Below the pieces are notes generated by a model. It had not been told where the DNA came from and searched no databases. It was given only the letters and a program-made list of their open reading frames with translations. Of a DNA stretch of 64,000 bases, positions 9,516 through 18,852 are shown piece after piece. Source of the stretch: Desulfatiglandales bacterium (GTDB lineage Bacteria > Desulfobacterota > DSM-4660 > Desulfatiglandales > HGW-15); assembly GCA_963667015.2 (NCBI GenBank), contig CAXXJJ010000001.1:2688001-2752000 (forward strand), written 5' to 3'. Made by a program: the position numbers and the translations under genes. Within the stretch, counting starts at the first letter, position 1. Each line of letters starts with the position of its first letter.

Positions 9516-11015
9516 TTGAGTCAAGCTATCATGTTTCTAGGCACCGGCAGTGATGTTGGAAAATCCATTACTGCTGCGGCTTTTTGCAGGATATTCAAAC
9601 GCAAAGGCTTTAATGTGGCACCCTTTAAGGCTCAGAATATGTCCAATAATTCATATGTTACGGTCGAAGGAGGCGAAATAGGCAGGGCCCAGGTTGTTCA
9701 GGCCGAGGCCGCAGGAGTCCTGCCTTCGATTCATATGAATCCGATACTATTAAAGCCGTCTTCCATGCTGGGTTCCCAGATTGTTCTTCAGGGCAGGGTG
9801 TTTGATCAAATGGAAGCTGCAAAATATCATGACTTTAAGCCAATGCTGAAAAAGACTGTCATGGAGTCATATAATATCCTTGCCGGGCAATATGACCTTA
9901 TTGTTATGGAAGGAGCAGGAAGCTGCTGTGAGATGAACCTCAAAAAAAATGACCTGGTTAACCTCTCAATGGCAAAGGCTGCGGGTGCTCCATGTATTCT
10001 TGTGGCCGATATTGATAGGGGAGGTGTATTTGCACAGGTAATCGGATCATATGATTTAATGTCTCCAGTGGAGAAGAAAATGGTCATGGGCTTCGTAATA
10101 AATAAGTTTCGCGGTGATCCTGATCTTTTCACTGATGGTATTAAATATATAGAGAAGAAGACCGGAAAGCCTGTGTTGGGCCTTGTACCATACTTTCATG
10201 ATATACAGATCGATTCAGAGGATTCGGTCGCAGTTCAGTTTGACAAATTACCCATGAAACCTGTCAGTAAAAAGACTATAAATATTGCAGTCCTGAGACT
10301 TCCTGCAATCTCCAATTTTACTGATCTCGAAATCCTTAACACAGAAAAAGATATTGTTGTAAATTATCTATCAAATAAGAATGAACTCACCGATGAATAC
10401 GACTGCCTAATTATCCCCGGTACGAAGAATGTTATGGAAGATGCAGCATGGCTTTCAAAACTGGGATGGAAGAAAAAAATAAATGAATTTGTTTTAAAAG
10501 GAAAAAGTGTCCTGGGGATATGCGGCGGGTATCAGCTTTTAGGAAAGGTTATTTCTGATCCTCATGGGGTTGAATCGAACCAGAAAAAAATATCCGGACT
10601 TAATCTTTTACCGGTAGAGACAGTCCTTGAGGCCGATAAGATAGTAAGAAAGATAACCGGTAAGAGCTTGAATAATAATAAAACTGTAAAAGGCTATGAA
10701 ATCCACATGGGGCTGACCAGGATAATAGATAACAGTGGAATGCCCCTGTTGAAGATAAAAGAAGAAAATGGGAAGGATTCCTGGGTTGACGGCTGTTATA
10801 TTCCTGACAATGATATAGCCGGGACCTATGTACACGGTATACTTGATTCACCCGGATTCAGGGGTGAGATATTAAACAGGTTGAGAAAAAAGAAAAGAAT
10901 AAAAGAGAGAAACCCGGGTAATGGCAGGGCCATGCGGTTTCGTGAGTATGAGCGCCTTGCGGATCATTTTGAGAAGTATTGTGATGTTGAGAGGATTGTT
11001 TCGAATATTTCATAA
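9516..11015 (+). CDS. cobQ: Cobyric acid synthase (CobQ/CbiP), TTG start
   Basis: GTGSDVGKS, PFKAQNMSNNS, MNPILLKP, EGAGS, GICGGYQ, GYEIH, GTYVHG. Confidence 0.95.
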   Translation: MSQAIMFLGTGSDVGKSITAAAFCRIFKRKGFNVAPFKAQNMSNNSYVTVEGGEIGRAQVVQAEAAGVLPSIHMNPILLKPSSMLGSQIVLQGRVFDQMEAAKYHDFKPMLKKTVMESYNILAGQYDLIVMEGAGSCCEMNLKKNDLVNLSMAKAAGAPCILVADIDRGGVFAQVIGSYDLMSPVEKKMVMGFVINKFRGDPDLFTDGIKYIEKKTGKPVLGLVPYFHDIQIDSEDSVAVQFDKLPMKPVSKKTINIAVLRLPAISNFTDLEILNTEKDIVVNYLSNKNELTDEYDCLIIPGTKNVMEDAAWLSKLGWKKKINEFVLKGKSVLGICGGYQLLGKVISDPHGVESNQKKISGLNLLPVETVLEADKIVRKITGKSLNNNKTVKGYEIHMGLTRIIDNSGMPLLKIKEENGKDSWVDGCYIPDNDIAGTYVHGILDSPGFRGEILNRLRKKKRIKERNPGNGRAMRFREYERLADHFEKYCDVERIVSNIS

Positions 11016-11088
11016 TGAAATAATCCAAAAAAGTGGAATTTAGATAAAAATAATCCTGATAACTGGGATATTCAGAGGAAAACAAACA

Positions 11089-11634
11089 ATGTTTAAAACA
11101 GAATTCAAACAGGGAACTATTCTTGTCCTCGGCGGTGCACGGAGCGGTAAAAGCAGTTTTGCATTAGAACTTTGCAATAAAATGGAAGGTAAACGTTATT
11201 TTATAGCCACTGCCCAGGCCTTTGATGATGAGATGGAAGATCGCATAAAACGTCATCAGGAAGAGCGCGGTTGCGAATGGAAGACTATAGAAGAGACAAT
11301 TGAAATAGCAGAAAGAATAAGTGAAATTGATAATGCGAATTCAATTATTCTTGTCGACTGCCTGACCCTGTGGCTTAGTAATCTTTTTATGAAATATGAA
11401 TCCGATAATGATAAGGTTTATAAAAAAATCGGTGAACTGGTTTCTGGATTTACTGATATAAAAGGCAGAGTTGTTTTTGTGAGTAATGAAGTCGGGATGG
11501 GGATTGTTCCGGAAAATAAACTGGCAAGGCTCTACAGGGATGCTGCCGGTGCATTGAACCGCAAAATGGCAGAGAAGGCTGCCAAGGTGGTTATCACATT
11601 TTCCGGACTGCCTATGATCTTGAAAGAGGGATAA
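11089..11634 (+). CDS. cobU: Adenosylcobinamide kinase / adenosylcobinamide-phosphate guanylyltransferase
   Basis: LVLGGARSGKS, RIKRHQEER, VDCLTLWLSN, VSNEVGMGIVP. Confidence 0.95.
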   Translation: MFKTEFKQGTILVLGGARSGKSSFALELCNKMEGKRYFIATAQAFDDEMEDRIKRHQEERGCEWKTIEETIEIAERISEIDNANSIILVDCLTLWLSNLFMKYESDNDKVYKKIGELVSGFTDIKGRVVFVSNEVGMGIVPENKLARLYRDAAGALNRKMAEKAAKVVITFSGLPMILKEG

Positions 11635-11637
11635 GAT

Positions 11638-12153
11638 ATGAAAGGATATGTACAGGTTTATACCGGTGATGGTAAGGGAAAAACTACTGCGGCGCTGGGA
11701 CTGGCAGTAAGGGCATTCGGTGCTGGATTAAATGTATACATGGCCCAGTTTGTAAAAGGCATGAAATACAGCGAGCAGGAAACATTCAAGGTTTTATCCG
11801 ATCATCTGACTGTTAAACAATATGGCAGAGGCTGCTTTATTAAGGGTAATCCTGCTGAAGAAGATATCATTGCTGCCAGGGACGGATTAAAAGAAGTAAG
11901 AGAACTCATGCTTTCGGGGAAATACCAGGTGCTCATCCTTGATGAGGCCAACATAGCAACGTTCTATAACCTGTTCAGTGTTGATGATCTGCTTGATCTG
12001 ATAAATGATAAACCTGCTGATGTTGAACTCATTATTACCGGCAGAAGGGCAGATCCAAGGATAATTGAGGTCGCAGATCTTGTCACGGAAATGAAAGAGA
12101 TTAAACATTATTACCAGGAAGGTGTTGTTGCACGGGTCGGAATAGAAAAGTAA
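11638..12153 (+). CDS. cobO: Cob(I)yrinic acid a,c-diamide adenosyltransferase (CobO/BtuR)
   Basis: VYTGDGKGKTTAALG, QFVKG, LDEAN, TGR, KHYY..GIE. Confidence 0.95.
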   Translation: MKGYVQVYTGDGKGKTTAALGLAVRAFGAGLNVYMAQFVKGMKYSEQETFKVLSDHLTVKQYGRGCFIKGNPAEEDIIAARDGLKEVRELMLSGKYQVLILDEANIATFYNLFSVDDLLDLINDKPADVELIITGRRADPRIIEVADLVTEMKEIKHYYQEGVVARVGIEK

Positions 12154-12160
12154 AAAAGAA

Positions 12161-12308
12161 AGGCGCATGGCTCAGGGCGCAAGGTTCAAGGATAAAAAAT
12201 CCTATCTTTATGAAATTGTAGGGGCACGACGCATCGTGCCCTTTGCCTTTCATGTTTTAACAATAAAAAAGCTTTTGTATTTCTTCGCGTTCTTCGCGTC
12301 TTGGCGGT
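12161..12308. repeat. Cluster of short intergenic repeats (heptamer run, GTAG-type REP-like palindrome, 9-mer duplication)
   Basis: AGGCGCA TGGCTCA GGGCGCA AGGTTCA at 12161; GTAGGGGCACGA-CGCA-TCGTGCCCT at 12218-12242; TTCTTCGCG x2 at about 12281. Confidence 0.6.
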
Positions 12309-12323
12309 TCAGTTTATATCTGT

Positions 12324-13244
12324 TTACGGTTTATGAATTATCTTTCCCCTTGTATCGTATTTTACTCTGGCCTCAACATTTGCTTTTCTGCGGTTGTTTT
12401 CAAAGTCTTTACGTTTCTGATTAATCTCTTCATCCGGGAAGTATGAAAGTATCCATTCAAAGTTTTCTTCCACCTCTGCCTTCATCTCAGCGTGTGTAAA
12501 GATAAACAGATCCCTGTTTTTCATGCCTTTGAGAACTCTCTCTCCAACTTCAATGGGAGCCATGCCCGGGAATACAGTGGAATCCTCCATGTCGATATAT
12601 TTGCCTTCCTCGACATTGTAACCGCTGTTTTTAAACTGGGCAGGCCTTAATTCTTCTGTTTTGCCTATTTTTGAGTTTACAAAGCCAGGACATACAATAG
12701 ATACCCATATATTCTGCGGAGCAAGATTGTACCACAATGTTTCTGACATGCCTCTTAATGCGGCTTTAATGGCGCTGTGTATTCCTGTTCCGTGGGAAGT
12801 TACGAATGCTGCCATGGATGATGTGGTTACAACATGGCCTCCTTCTCCATGGGATTTAATTTTTGGCAGAAAATGTACAAGACCGTTCACCTGTCCCCAG
12901 AAGCAGACGTTGAACATCCAGTCCCAGTCATCAAAGGTGGCTTCATCAAGAGGTCCGAATATATTAATACCTGCATTGTTGCAGAGGATATGAAGTTTTC
13001 CGAATGCCTTTTCTGCCTCATCAGCCGCTTCCTTCATGGCATCCCGGTCCGAAACGTCTACTGCAATGGTGTAGACATTTTTGTTATATTTTTTTACTTC
13101 TTCTGCTGCCCTGTCCAGGTCATCCTGCCGGATATCGCTCATGATAACGTTTATGCCTTCTTTGGCAAACGCAACCGACATGCCAAGGCCTACTCCGTTT
13201 GCAGCGCCGGTGATAAATGCTGTTTTCCCTTTATAATCGCTCAT
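12324..13244 (-). CDS. Short-chain dehydrogenase/reductase
   Basis: TGAANGVG, NNAGI, TSS; catalytic YxxxK appears as HSAIK. Confidence 0.88.
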   Translation of the reverse strand: MSDYKGKTAFITGAANGVGLGMSVAFAKEGINVIMSDIRQDDLDRAAEEVKKYNKNVYTIAVDVSDRDAMKEAADEAEKAFGKLHILCNNAGINIFGPLDEATFDDWDWMFNVCFWGQVNGLVHFLPKIKSHGEGGHVVTTSSMAAFVTSHGTGIHSAIKAALRGMSETLWYNLAPQNIWVSIVCPGFVNSKIGKTEELRPAQFKNSGYNVEEGKYIDMEDSTVFPGMAPIEVGERVLKGMKNRDLFIFTHAEMKAEVEENFEWILSYFPDEEINQKRKDFENNRRKANVEARVKYDTRGKIIHKP

Positions 13245-13457
13245 GATTTCTCCTGTAGATAATAAATTTTAATTGATAATATATAGAAGGATAATCTATC
13301 CGTGTCAAAAGAATAATAACAGGCCCATTGCACGGGGTGCATCCGCAGTCGTCCTGAAGCTATGGCGGAACAGAGGTACAAGGAAAAAGGAATAAAATCG
13401 TATAAAATGATTACTTCATGTTGACAAAATGATGTGCCTCGTATAGTAAATAACCCT

Positions 13458-13666
13458 GATTCTATGAATGAAAAGAACCGCCCTGACGAAGTATAAAGGT
13501 GGTAATATAAACAATCATTTTTCAAACGGAATCCCGTTAAAATCGGGAACGGTCCCGCCGCTGTGGCCCCGTAGTTATTCCTTCGGTAATGAGTTGTCAC
13601 TGTTTTGATTCATCAAGACGGGAAGGCAGCCGAGAGGTAAGGGGAAGTCAGAAGACGAGTTGAATG
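13458..13666 (+). promoter_or_regulatory. Cobalamin riboswitch (variant, long 5' region) upstream of the adh-trpD-like-cobTSD-cbiB operon
   Basis: GGAATCCCGTTAAAATCGGGAACGGTCCCGCCGCTGTG..GTCACTG..CGGGAAGG..AGTCAGAAGAC; 5' boundary approximate. Confidence 0.85.
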
Positions 13667-13690
13667 GTTGATAGTTGAACTTGATGGTAA

Positions 13691-13732
13691 AGGGTTCTGA
13701 AAGGTTTTAATACCTTTCGGAGCCCTTTTTTT
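13691..13732 (+). terminator. Intrinsic terminator of the third riboswitch
   Basis: AGGGTTCTGAAAGG-loop-CCTTTCGGAGCCCT followed by a T run. Confidence 0.88.
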
Positions 13733-13779
13733 GTTTTATCGGGCAGGCACAGGCCCTGGAGTTTAAAAGGCAAGGCATA

Positions 13780-14799
13780 ATGAAAACAGCATTTATTACC
13801 GGTATAAATCAACTTGAAATCAGAAACATCCCTGAACCGACTGTACCTGATAATGGCGTAATGGTAAAAATGAAGAGCGTTGCAGTTTGCGGCACAGATA
13901 TCAAGATGATTGCCAATGGGCACAGAGACCTTTCACTGCCAAGGGTGCCGGGACACGAGGGAACAGGTGTTGTGGTTGAAAGCCTTAATAAAGACTTTCA
14001 GCCGGGTGATGTTGTGGCTGTCTATCCCGGTATTTTCTGCGGCAGGTGTACGAACTGCCAGGCCGGGCATACTGCAAGGTGCAGTGCAATAAGCATTTTC
14101 GGCTTTAACAGGGATGGGCTTTTCAGGGAGTTTGTGCCTCTTGCAGAAGAAGAGACAAAAAGCCTGGTGGTGTTATCCGGAAATGGTGACAATAGTTTTT
14201 TTACCATTGCAGAACCTCTTGCCTGCTGTATATCGGCATATAAAAAGGTTAACGTTAAAAATGGCACAGCCCTTATTATTGGTGCCGGGTCAGTCGGCAG
14301 TATATTTGCCGCGCTGCTGGCAGCTGATAGATGGAAAAGGATTGTAATAACTGACAGGGATGTAAAGAGACTGGAATCTCAGATCCCTGAATTTGTTGAA
14401 ACTATAAAATCGGAGGCATCATCACTGGATGATGCATTAGCAAAAAACGGGCATGATTATGGCTTTGACCTGGTTGTTCCCTGCTGCCCTGAAGGGCTGA
14501 ACTGGCCTTTCTGGAAATTTATGAATCCGGGAGGTGCAGCTATTTTATTTTCAGGTAATTCCGGGAACGTAGACCAGAGGGCTGTTGATATAAATGAGAT
14601 ACATTACAGGGAGCTGGTTCTTGCAGGGTCCTATGGCTGCAACATGGAAGATTTTGAGGATGCGATTGAAATGATTGAACAGGATAAAATCAATTTGTCT
14701 TTTTTTTCTCCATACAGGACATCCCTTGATGAATTACCTGAATGCATGGAGAAAATAAAAACTGATAATATTAAAAAAATTATCATCGATAGATTTTAG
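13780..14799 (+). CDS. Zn-dependent medium-chain dehydrogenase (iditol/threonine dehydrogenase-like)
   Basis: VCGTD, GHE, CGRCTNC..C structural Zn site, AEPLAC, GAGSVG. Confidence 0.88.
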   Translation: MKTAFITGINQLEIRNIPEPTVPDNGVMVKMKSVAVCGTDIKMIANGHRDLSLPRVPGHEGTGVVVESLNKDFQPGDVVAVYPGIFCGRCTNCQAGHTARCSAISIFGFNRDGLFREFVPLAEEETKSLVVLSGNGDNSFFTIAEPLACCISAYKKVNVKNGTALIIGAGSVGSIFAALLAADRWKRIVITDRDVKRLESQIPEFVETIKSEASSLDDALAKNGHDYGFDLVVPCCPEGLNWPFWKFMNPGGAAILFSGNSGNVDQRAVDINEIHYRELVLAGSYGCNMEDFEDAIEMIEQDKINLSFFSPYRTSLDELPECMEKIKTDNIKKIIIDRF

Positions 14800-14808
14800 G
14801 AGGTAACT

Positions 14809-15927
14809 ATGGATTTTAAAGAGGATTCTCTAAAGTGGTTTGGTGATCAGATAACCGAAATTATAAGTGGTAAGAAATTATCAAGAGAAACAGCAAAAAA
14901 GATGATGATGGATACCCTGACAGGCTCACAGCCTGATCTCCAGCAGGGGGCGTTTCTTGCATCACTGAGAATGAAAGGTGAAACAGCGGATGAGATTGTA
15001 GGGTGTTATGAAGCAATAATCGAGTCTGATACAAACAGTGTAAACCTTGAAGATATGCCTGTTGTGGAAAACTGTGGAACCGGTATGGACAGTCTGAAAA
15101 CATTCAACATAAGCACATTGTCAGCTATAGTCGCAGCATGCATGGATGTACCTATTGCAAGACATGGAGCAAGGGCAATAAGTTCAAAGTGCGGTACAGT
15201 GGATCTGTGTGAAGCCCTTGGTGTTGATGTTGACTGCAGTGTGAATACAGTTAAAGAATCTATTGAACAGTGTGGCCTTGGTCTTTTTAATGGAACAAGT
15301 GCAGAGGTTCACCCAATGGGATTGGGAAGAATCCTGTCACAGATAAGGTTCGGGACAACACTGAATATCGCTGCATCCCTTGCAAATCCGGCTCTTCCTA
15401 AACTGGCTGTCCGGGGAGTGGGTGCTCCTGAACAGATAGAGCCTACATTAAAAGTTATGAAACAGATTGGTTATAAAAAAGGTCTTGTATTCCATGGATT
15501 TAATATGGATAGAACTGCGGGTATGGATGAGCTTTCTACTCTTGGCGTCTCAAAGATCGGTTTTTTCCGGAAAAACGTGGATACTGAGTATTTTGAGATT
15601 AAACCCGAGGATACAGGGTTATCAACCGGTAACTATGAAGATATCAGGCCTGATTCGGATAGTGCTTCTGAAGCTATAAAGGCTGTCCTGTTACTGGCGG
15701 GAAAGAGCAGTCGAAGCAGGATAGATATTGTATCTCTCAATGCCGGAGCAATACTGTGGATGGCTGAAAAGGTGGCAAATCTCAGGGAGGGCGTTATAGC
15801 TGCAAAACAGATTATTAATGAAGGAAAGGCCCTTAAAAAATTGGTGTCATGGGTAAAGACACAGAATCGCGAGCCTGAATCAGGTAATGGTATTATAAGC
15901 CGCCTGTGCCGGGAGAGTAATATTTGA
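14809..15927 (+). CDS. Anthranilate phosphoribosyltransferase-like protein (TrpD paralog)
   Basis: GAFLASLRMKGET, NCGTGMDSLKTFNIST, RHGARAISSKCGTVD, GMDELS, LNAGA; no other trp genes nearby. Confidence 0.85.
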   Translation: MDFKEDSLKWFGDQITEIISGKKLSRETAKKMMMDTLTGSQPDLQQGAFLASLRMKGETADEIVGCYEAIIESDTNSVNLEDMPVVENCGTGMDSLKTFNISTLSAIVAACMDVPIARHGARAISSKCGTVDLCEALGVDVDCSVNTVKESIEQCGLGLFNGTSAEVHPMGLGRILSQIRFGTTLNIAASLANPALPKLAVRGVGAPEQIEPTLKVMKQIGYKKGLVFHGFNMDRTAGMDELSTLGVSKIGFFRKNVDTEYFEIKPEDTGLSTGNYEDIRPDSDSASEAIKAVLLLAGKSSRSRIDIVSLNAGAILWMAEKVANLREGVIAAKQIINEGKALKKLVSWVKTQNREPESGNGIISRLCRESNI

Positions 15928-15969
15928 ATTGTTACAGCACAGTAATTTTCAAGATAAAGGAGAAACGAA

Positions 15970-17019
15970 ATGTATAATAAAATCATAAAAGAAATAAAAC
16001 CAGTTTCCAAAGAATGGATAAACAAAGCCTGGGCAAGGCTTGATAATTTAAGTAAACCCACAAGGAGCCTGGGATATCTCGAGGAGCTGGCAGCGAGAAT
16101 AGTATCGATTTATGAAGCTGAAAAACCGGAGATTCAAAAAAAAGCGGTTTATGTTTTTGTAGGAGACCATGGTATTGTTGAAGAGGGCGTCAGTGCATAT
16201 CCACCGGAAGTAACAGCTTTAATGGTAAAGAATTTTCTTATTGGAGGCGCAGGCATTAATGTGCTTTCCCGCCGAGCAGGTGCTGATGTATATATTGTTG
16301 ATATAGGAATGAAAGAAGAGTTAAAGGATGCTGAAGGTCTTATTGACAGGAATATAAAGAGATCAACCGATAATATGGCAAAAGGCCCGGCAATGACAAA
16401 AGAAGAAGCAGAAAGTGCGATAAATGCCGGTATTGAAATAGCTTTAAATGCGGCTGATAATGGCGTAAATATGATTGCTACAGGTGAAATGGGTATTGGT
16501 AATACAACTCCGTCGTCTGCATTGTATTCCGTTCTGCTGCCTGCGGATCTTGTTGCTGTAACTGATAAGGGTACCGGTCTTGAGGATGAAGGCGTCAAAT
16601 TAAAGGTAAAGGCAATTGAAAAAGCCCTTGAAATAAATAAAAGTTTAATGGATGATCCTGTATCAGCTCTTGCGGCGGTTGGCGGACTTGAAATAGCAGG
16701 TATATGCGGTTTATGTCTCGGGGCAGCCTCAAGGCGAATGGCAGTTGTAGTTGACGGATTTATCTCAAGCGTTGGGGCACTGGTAGCAATGAGGATGTGT
16801 CCGGCTGTGAAGGACTATCTCTTCTTCTCACATAAGTCTTCAGAAAAGGGGCATATGATCTTTTGTGAAAAGGAAGGAATCAGGCCCATACTGGATCTTG
16901 ACCTTAGACTTGGTGAGGGAACAGGAGCTGCCTGTGCAATGCAGATTATTGAAAACGCAGTAAGTATTTATAATGAAATGGCCACATTTGATGATGTTGG
17001 TATAGAGGCAGGAGCCTAA
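15970..17019 (+). CDS. cobT: Nicotinate-nucleotide--dimethylbenzimidazole phosphoribosyltransferase
   Basis: LSKPTRSLGYLE, GDHG, GEMGIGNTT, VGGLEI, DGFIS, RLGEGTGA. Confidence 0.95.
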   Translation: MYNKIIKEIKPVSKEWINKAWARLDNLSKPTRSLGYLEELAARIVSIYEAEKPEIQKKAVYVFVGDHGIVEEGVSAYPPEVTALMVKNFLIGGAGINVLSRRAGADVYIVDIGMKEELKDAEGLIDRNIKRSTDNMAKGPAMTKEEAESAINAGIEIALNAADNGVNMIATGEMGIGNTTPSSALYSVLLPADLVAVTDKGTGLEDEGVKLKVKAIEKALEINKSLMDDPVSALAAVGGLEIAGICGLCLGAASRRMAVVVDGFISSVGALVAMRMCPAVKDYLFFSHKSSEKGHMIFCEKEGIRPILDLDLRLGEGTGAACAMQIIENAVSIYNEMATFDDVGIEAGA

Positions 17020-17027
17020 GGCATTTA

Positions 17028-17768
17028 ATGATTAAAGGACTTGTGACAGCAGTAAGGACACTGACAGTAATCCCTTTTCCCGGAAAGGAATGTGAAGATT
17101 TTTCATCAGCCCTTCCATGGTTCCCGGTTGTTGGGCTCATGCTGGGTGTGATCCTTTATCTGGCAGCCACATTATGGAATGCTCTTCCATTTGATCAATG
17201 GAACTGGGGTTGTGCCGCTGTTCTTTGTGTGCTTTTAATATGGCTCACAAGGGGTCTTCATATGGACGGCCTTGCAGACTGGGCAGATTCTCTTGGCGGC
17301 TTTGAAAGAGAACGCAGGCTTGCAATTATGAAGGATTCTTCACTCGGGGCGTTCGGCGGGATGGCCCTGGTCCTGGGTATTCTGTTTAAATTAACTGCCT
17401 TTGAGCGATTACTTTCATCCGGTACCTTTATCTTTTTATTAATTGTCCCTGTTGTATCAAGAAACATGCTTGTTGAGCTTCAGACCACGTTGCCATATGC
17501 AAGGAACAACGGAATGGCATGCGTGTTTATTAAGGATGCAAATATTCGTCACCGGATTATTTCACATATTATTGCATTCATATTATGCTGTATATTTGGA
17601 TTTACAGGTATCATACTTTATGCCTCCGCGTTTGCGGTGACACTGTTTTTAAAAGGTATGTTCAGGAGACAGTTTAATGGTATAACCGGTGACCTGCTCG
17701 GGGCCTCCAATGAGATTATTGAGGTTATACTTTTTATGATTATTGCGATCTCGGGTAAAATATTATGA
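17028..17768 (+). CDS. cobS: Adenosylcobinamide-GDP ribazoletransferase (cobalamin synthase)
   Basis: GLHMDGLADWAD, IMKDSSLGAFG, GITGDLLGA. Confidence 0.95.
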   Translation: MIKGLVTAVRTLTVIPFPGKECEDFSSALPWFPVVGLMLGVILYLAATLWNALPFDQWNWGCAAVLCVLLIWLTRGLHMDGLADWADSLGGFERERRLAIMKDSSLGAFGGMALVLGILFKLTAFERLLSSGTFIFLLIVPVVSRNMLVELQTTLPYARNNGMACVFIKDANIRHRIISHIIAFILCCIFGFTGIILYASAFAVTLFLKGMFRRQFNGITGDLLGASNEIIEVILFMIIAISGKIL

Positions 17769-18838
17769 CAAAAACACATAAACACGGCGGAAATCCCCTT
17801 GATGATCTCTCAAGGTTTAAACTGTCTGAAAGAAAAATAATAGATTTCAGTGTCAACCTTAACCCCATCGGGATGCCCGAAGTCATATCGGAAAAATGGG
17901 GCAGCCTTTATAATGCTGTTATGGATTATCCCAGTATTGAAGGCAGGGGAATTGTTGATTTTTATACCAGCAAGACAGGGATTGAATCATCAGAATTCCT
18001 GGCTGGAAACGGTTCCACAGAGCTTATATATCTTATTCCAAGGGTGCTTAAATTTAAAAAAGTACTGATTCTTACACCCTCATTCCATGATTATGAACGC
18101 GCATCTGTGCTTGCGGGTGCAACGGTTGTTAGATATCCTCTTGATCCTGAAAAGGGTTTTCATTTTCTTTCTTTAGATGAATTATCCGAAAAGGCCCGTG
18201 AGGTTGATGCGGTGTGGGTTGGCCGACCTAATAACCCTACAGGCGGTATGTTCTCAAAGGATATTATTATTAAACTTGCAACACAGTTTCCTGAAAAATA
18301 TTTTATTGTTGATGAGGCATTCATTCAGTTTGCTGATAACTGGCAGGAAGAGAGCCTGATCTCTTCAGAAAAATATCCCAATATTATTGTCGTTCATTCA
18401 TTTACAAAATATTACGCCGTTGCAGGACTGCGCATGGGTGGCCTGATAGGGCACAGGGATACAATAAATATCCTGAATGAGAATAAAGAGCCCTGGTCAG
18501 TTAACGGGATTGCAGAAAAGGTAGCTGTTCTTCTCATGGATTGTGAAGAGTATGAAAAGAAAACCATTGAATTTCTGCGCCATGAAAGAGAAAGAGTTTT
18601 TAATGAGCTGAAAAAAATGAATGGGATAGAGGCTTTTCCTTCACATGCGAACTTTTTTTTATGCAGATGGGATAAAACAGATAATCTTGATCACCTCATA
18701 GGATACCTCCTGAAGAATGGAGTCTATATCAGGGACTGCAGGAACTTCCCCGGCCTGGAGGCGAATTTTTTCAGGTTTGGAATACGTTCGGTCAAAGATA
18801 ATAATATATTATTGTCCCTGCTTTCATCATTTGATTAA
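17765..18838 (+). CDS. cobD: L-threonine-O-3-phosphate decarboxylase
   Basis: HGGN, DFSVNLNP, GNGSTELI, PNNPTG, VDEAF, SFTKYYAVAGLRMG. Confidence 0.88.
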   Translation: MTKTHKHGGNPLDDLSRFKLSERKIIDFSVNLNPIGMPEVISEKWGSLYNAVMDYPSIEGRGIVDFYTSKTGIESSEFLAGNGSTELIYLIPRVLKFKKVLILTPSFHDYERASVLAGATVVRYPLDPEKGFHFLSLDELSEKAREVDAVWVGRPNNPTGGMFSKDIIIKLATQFPEKYFIVDEAFIQFADNWQEESLISSEKYPNIIVVHSFTKYYAVAGLRMGGLIGHRDTINILNENKEPWSVNGIAEKVAVLLMDCEEYEKKTIEFLRHERERVFNELKKMNGIEAFPSHANFFLCRWDKTDNLDHLIGYLLKNGVYIRDCRNFPGLEANFFRFGIRSVKDNNILLSLLSSFD

Positions 18839-18852
18839 GCATAACAGATGCC

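Noticed and set aside
7519..12308. Intergenic repeats as a CRISPR array
   Set aside because: Units are 7-9 nt and degenerate, with no spacers and no cas genes.
13241..13600. 119-aa minus-strand ORF upstream of the SDR
   Set aside because: Antisense to the third riboswitch and its promoter region; no protein-like features.
14809..15927. Calling this gene trpD
   Set aside because: Altered motifs, no trp context and B12-riboswitch control; left as a paralog without a symbol.
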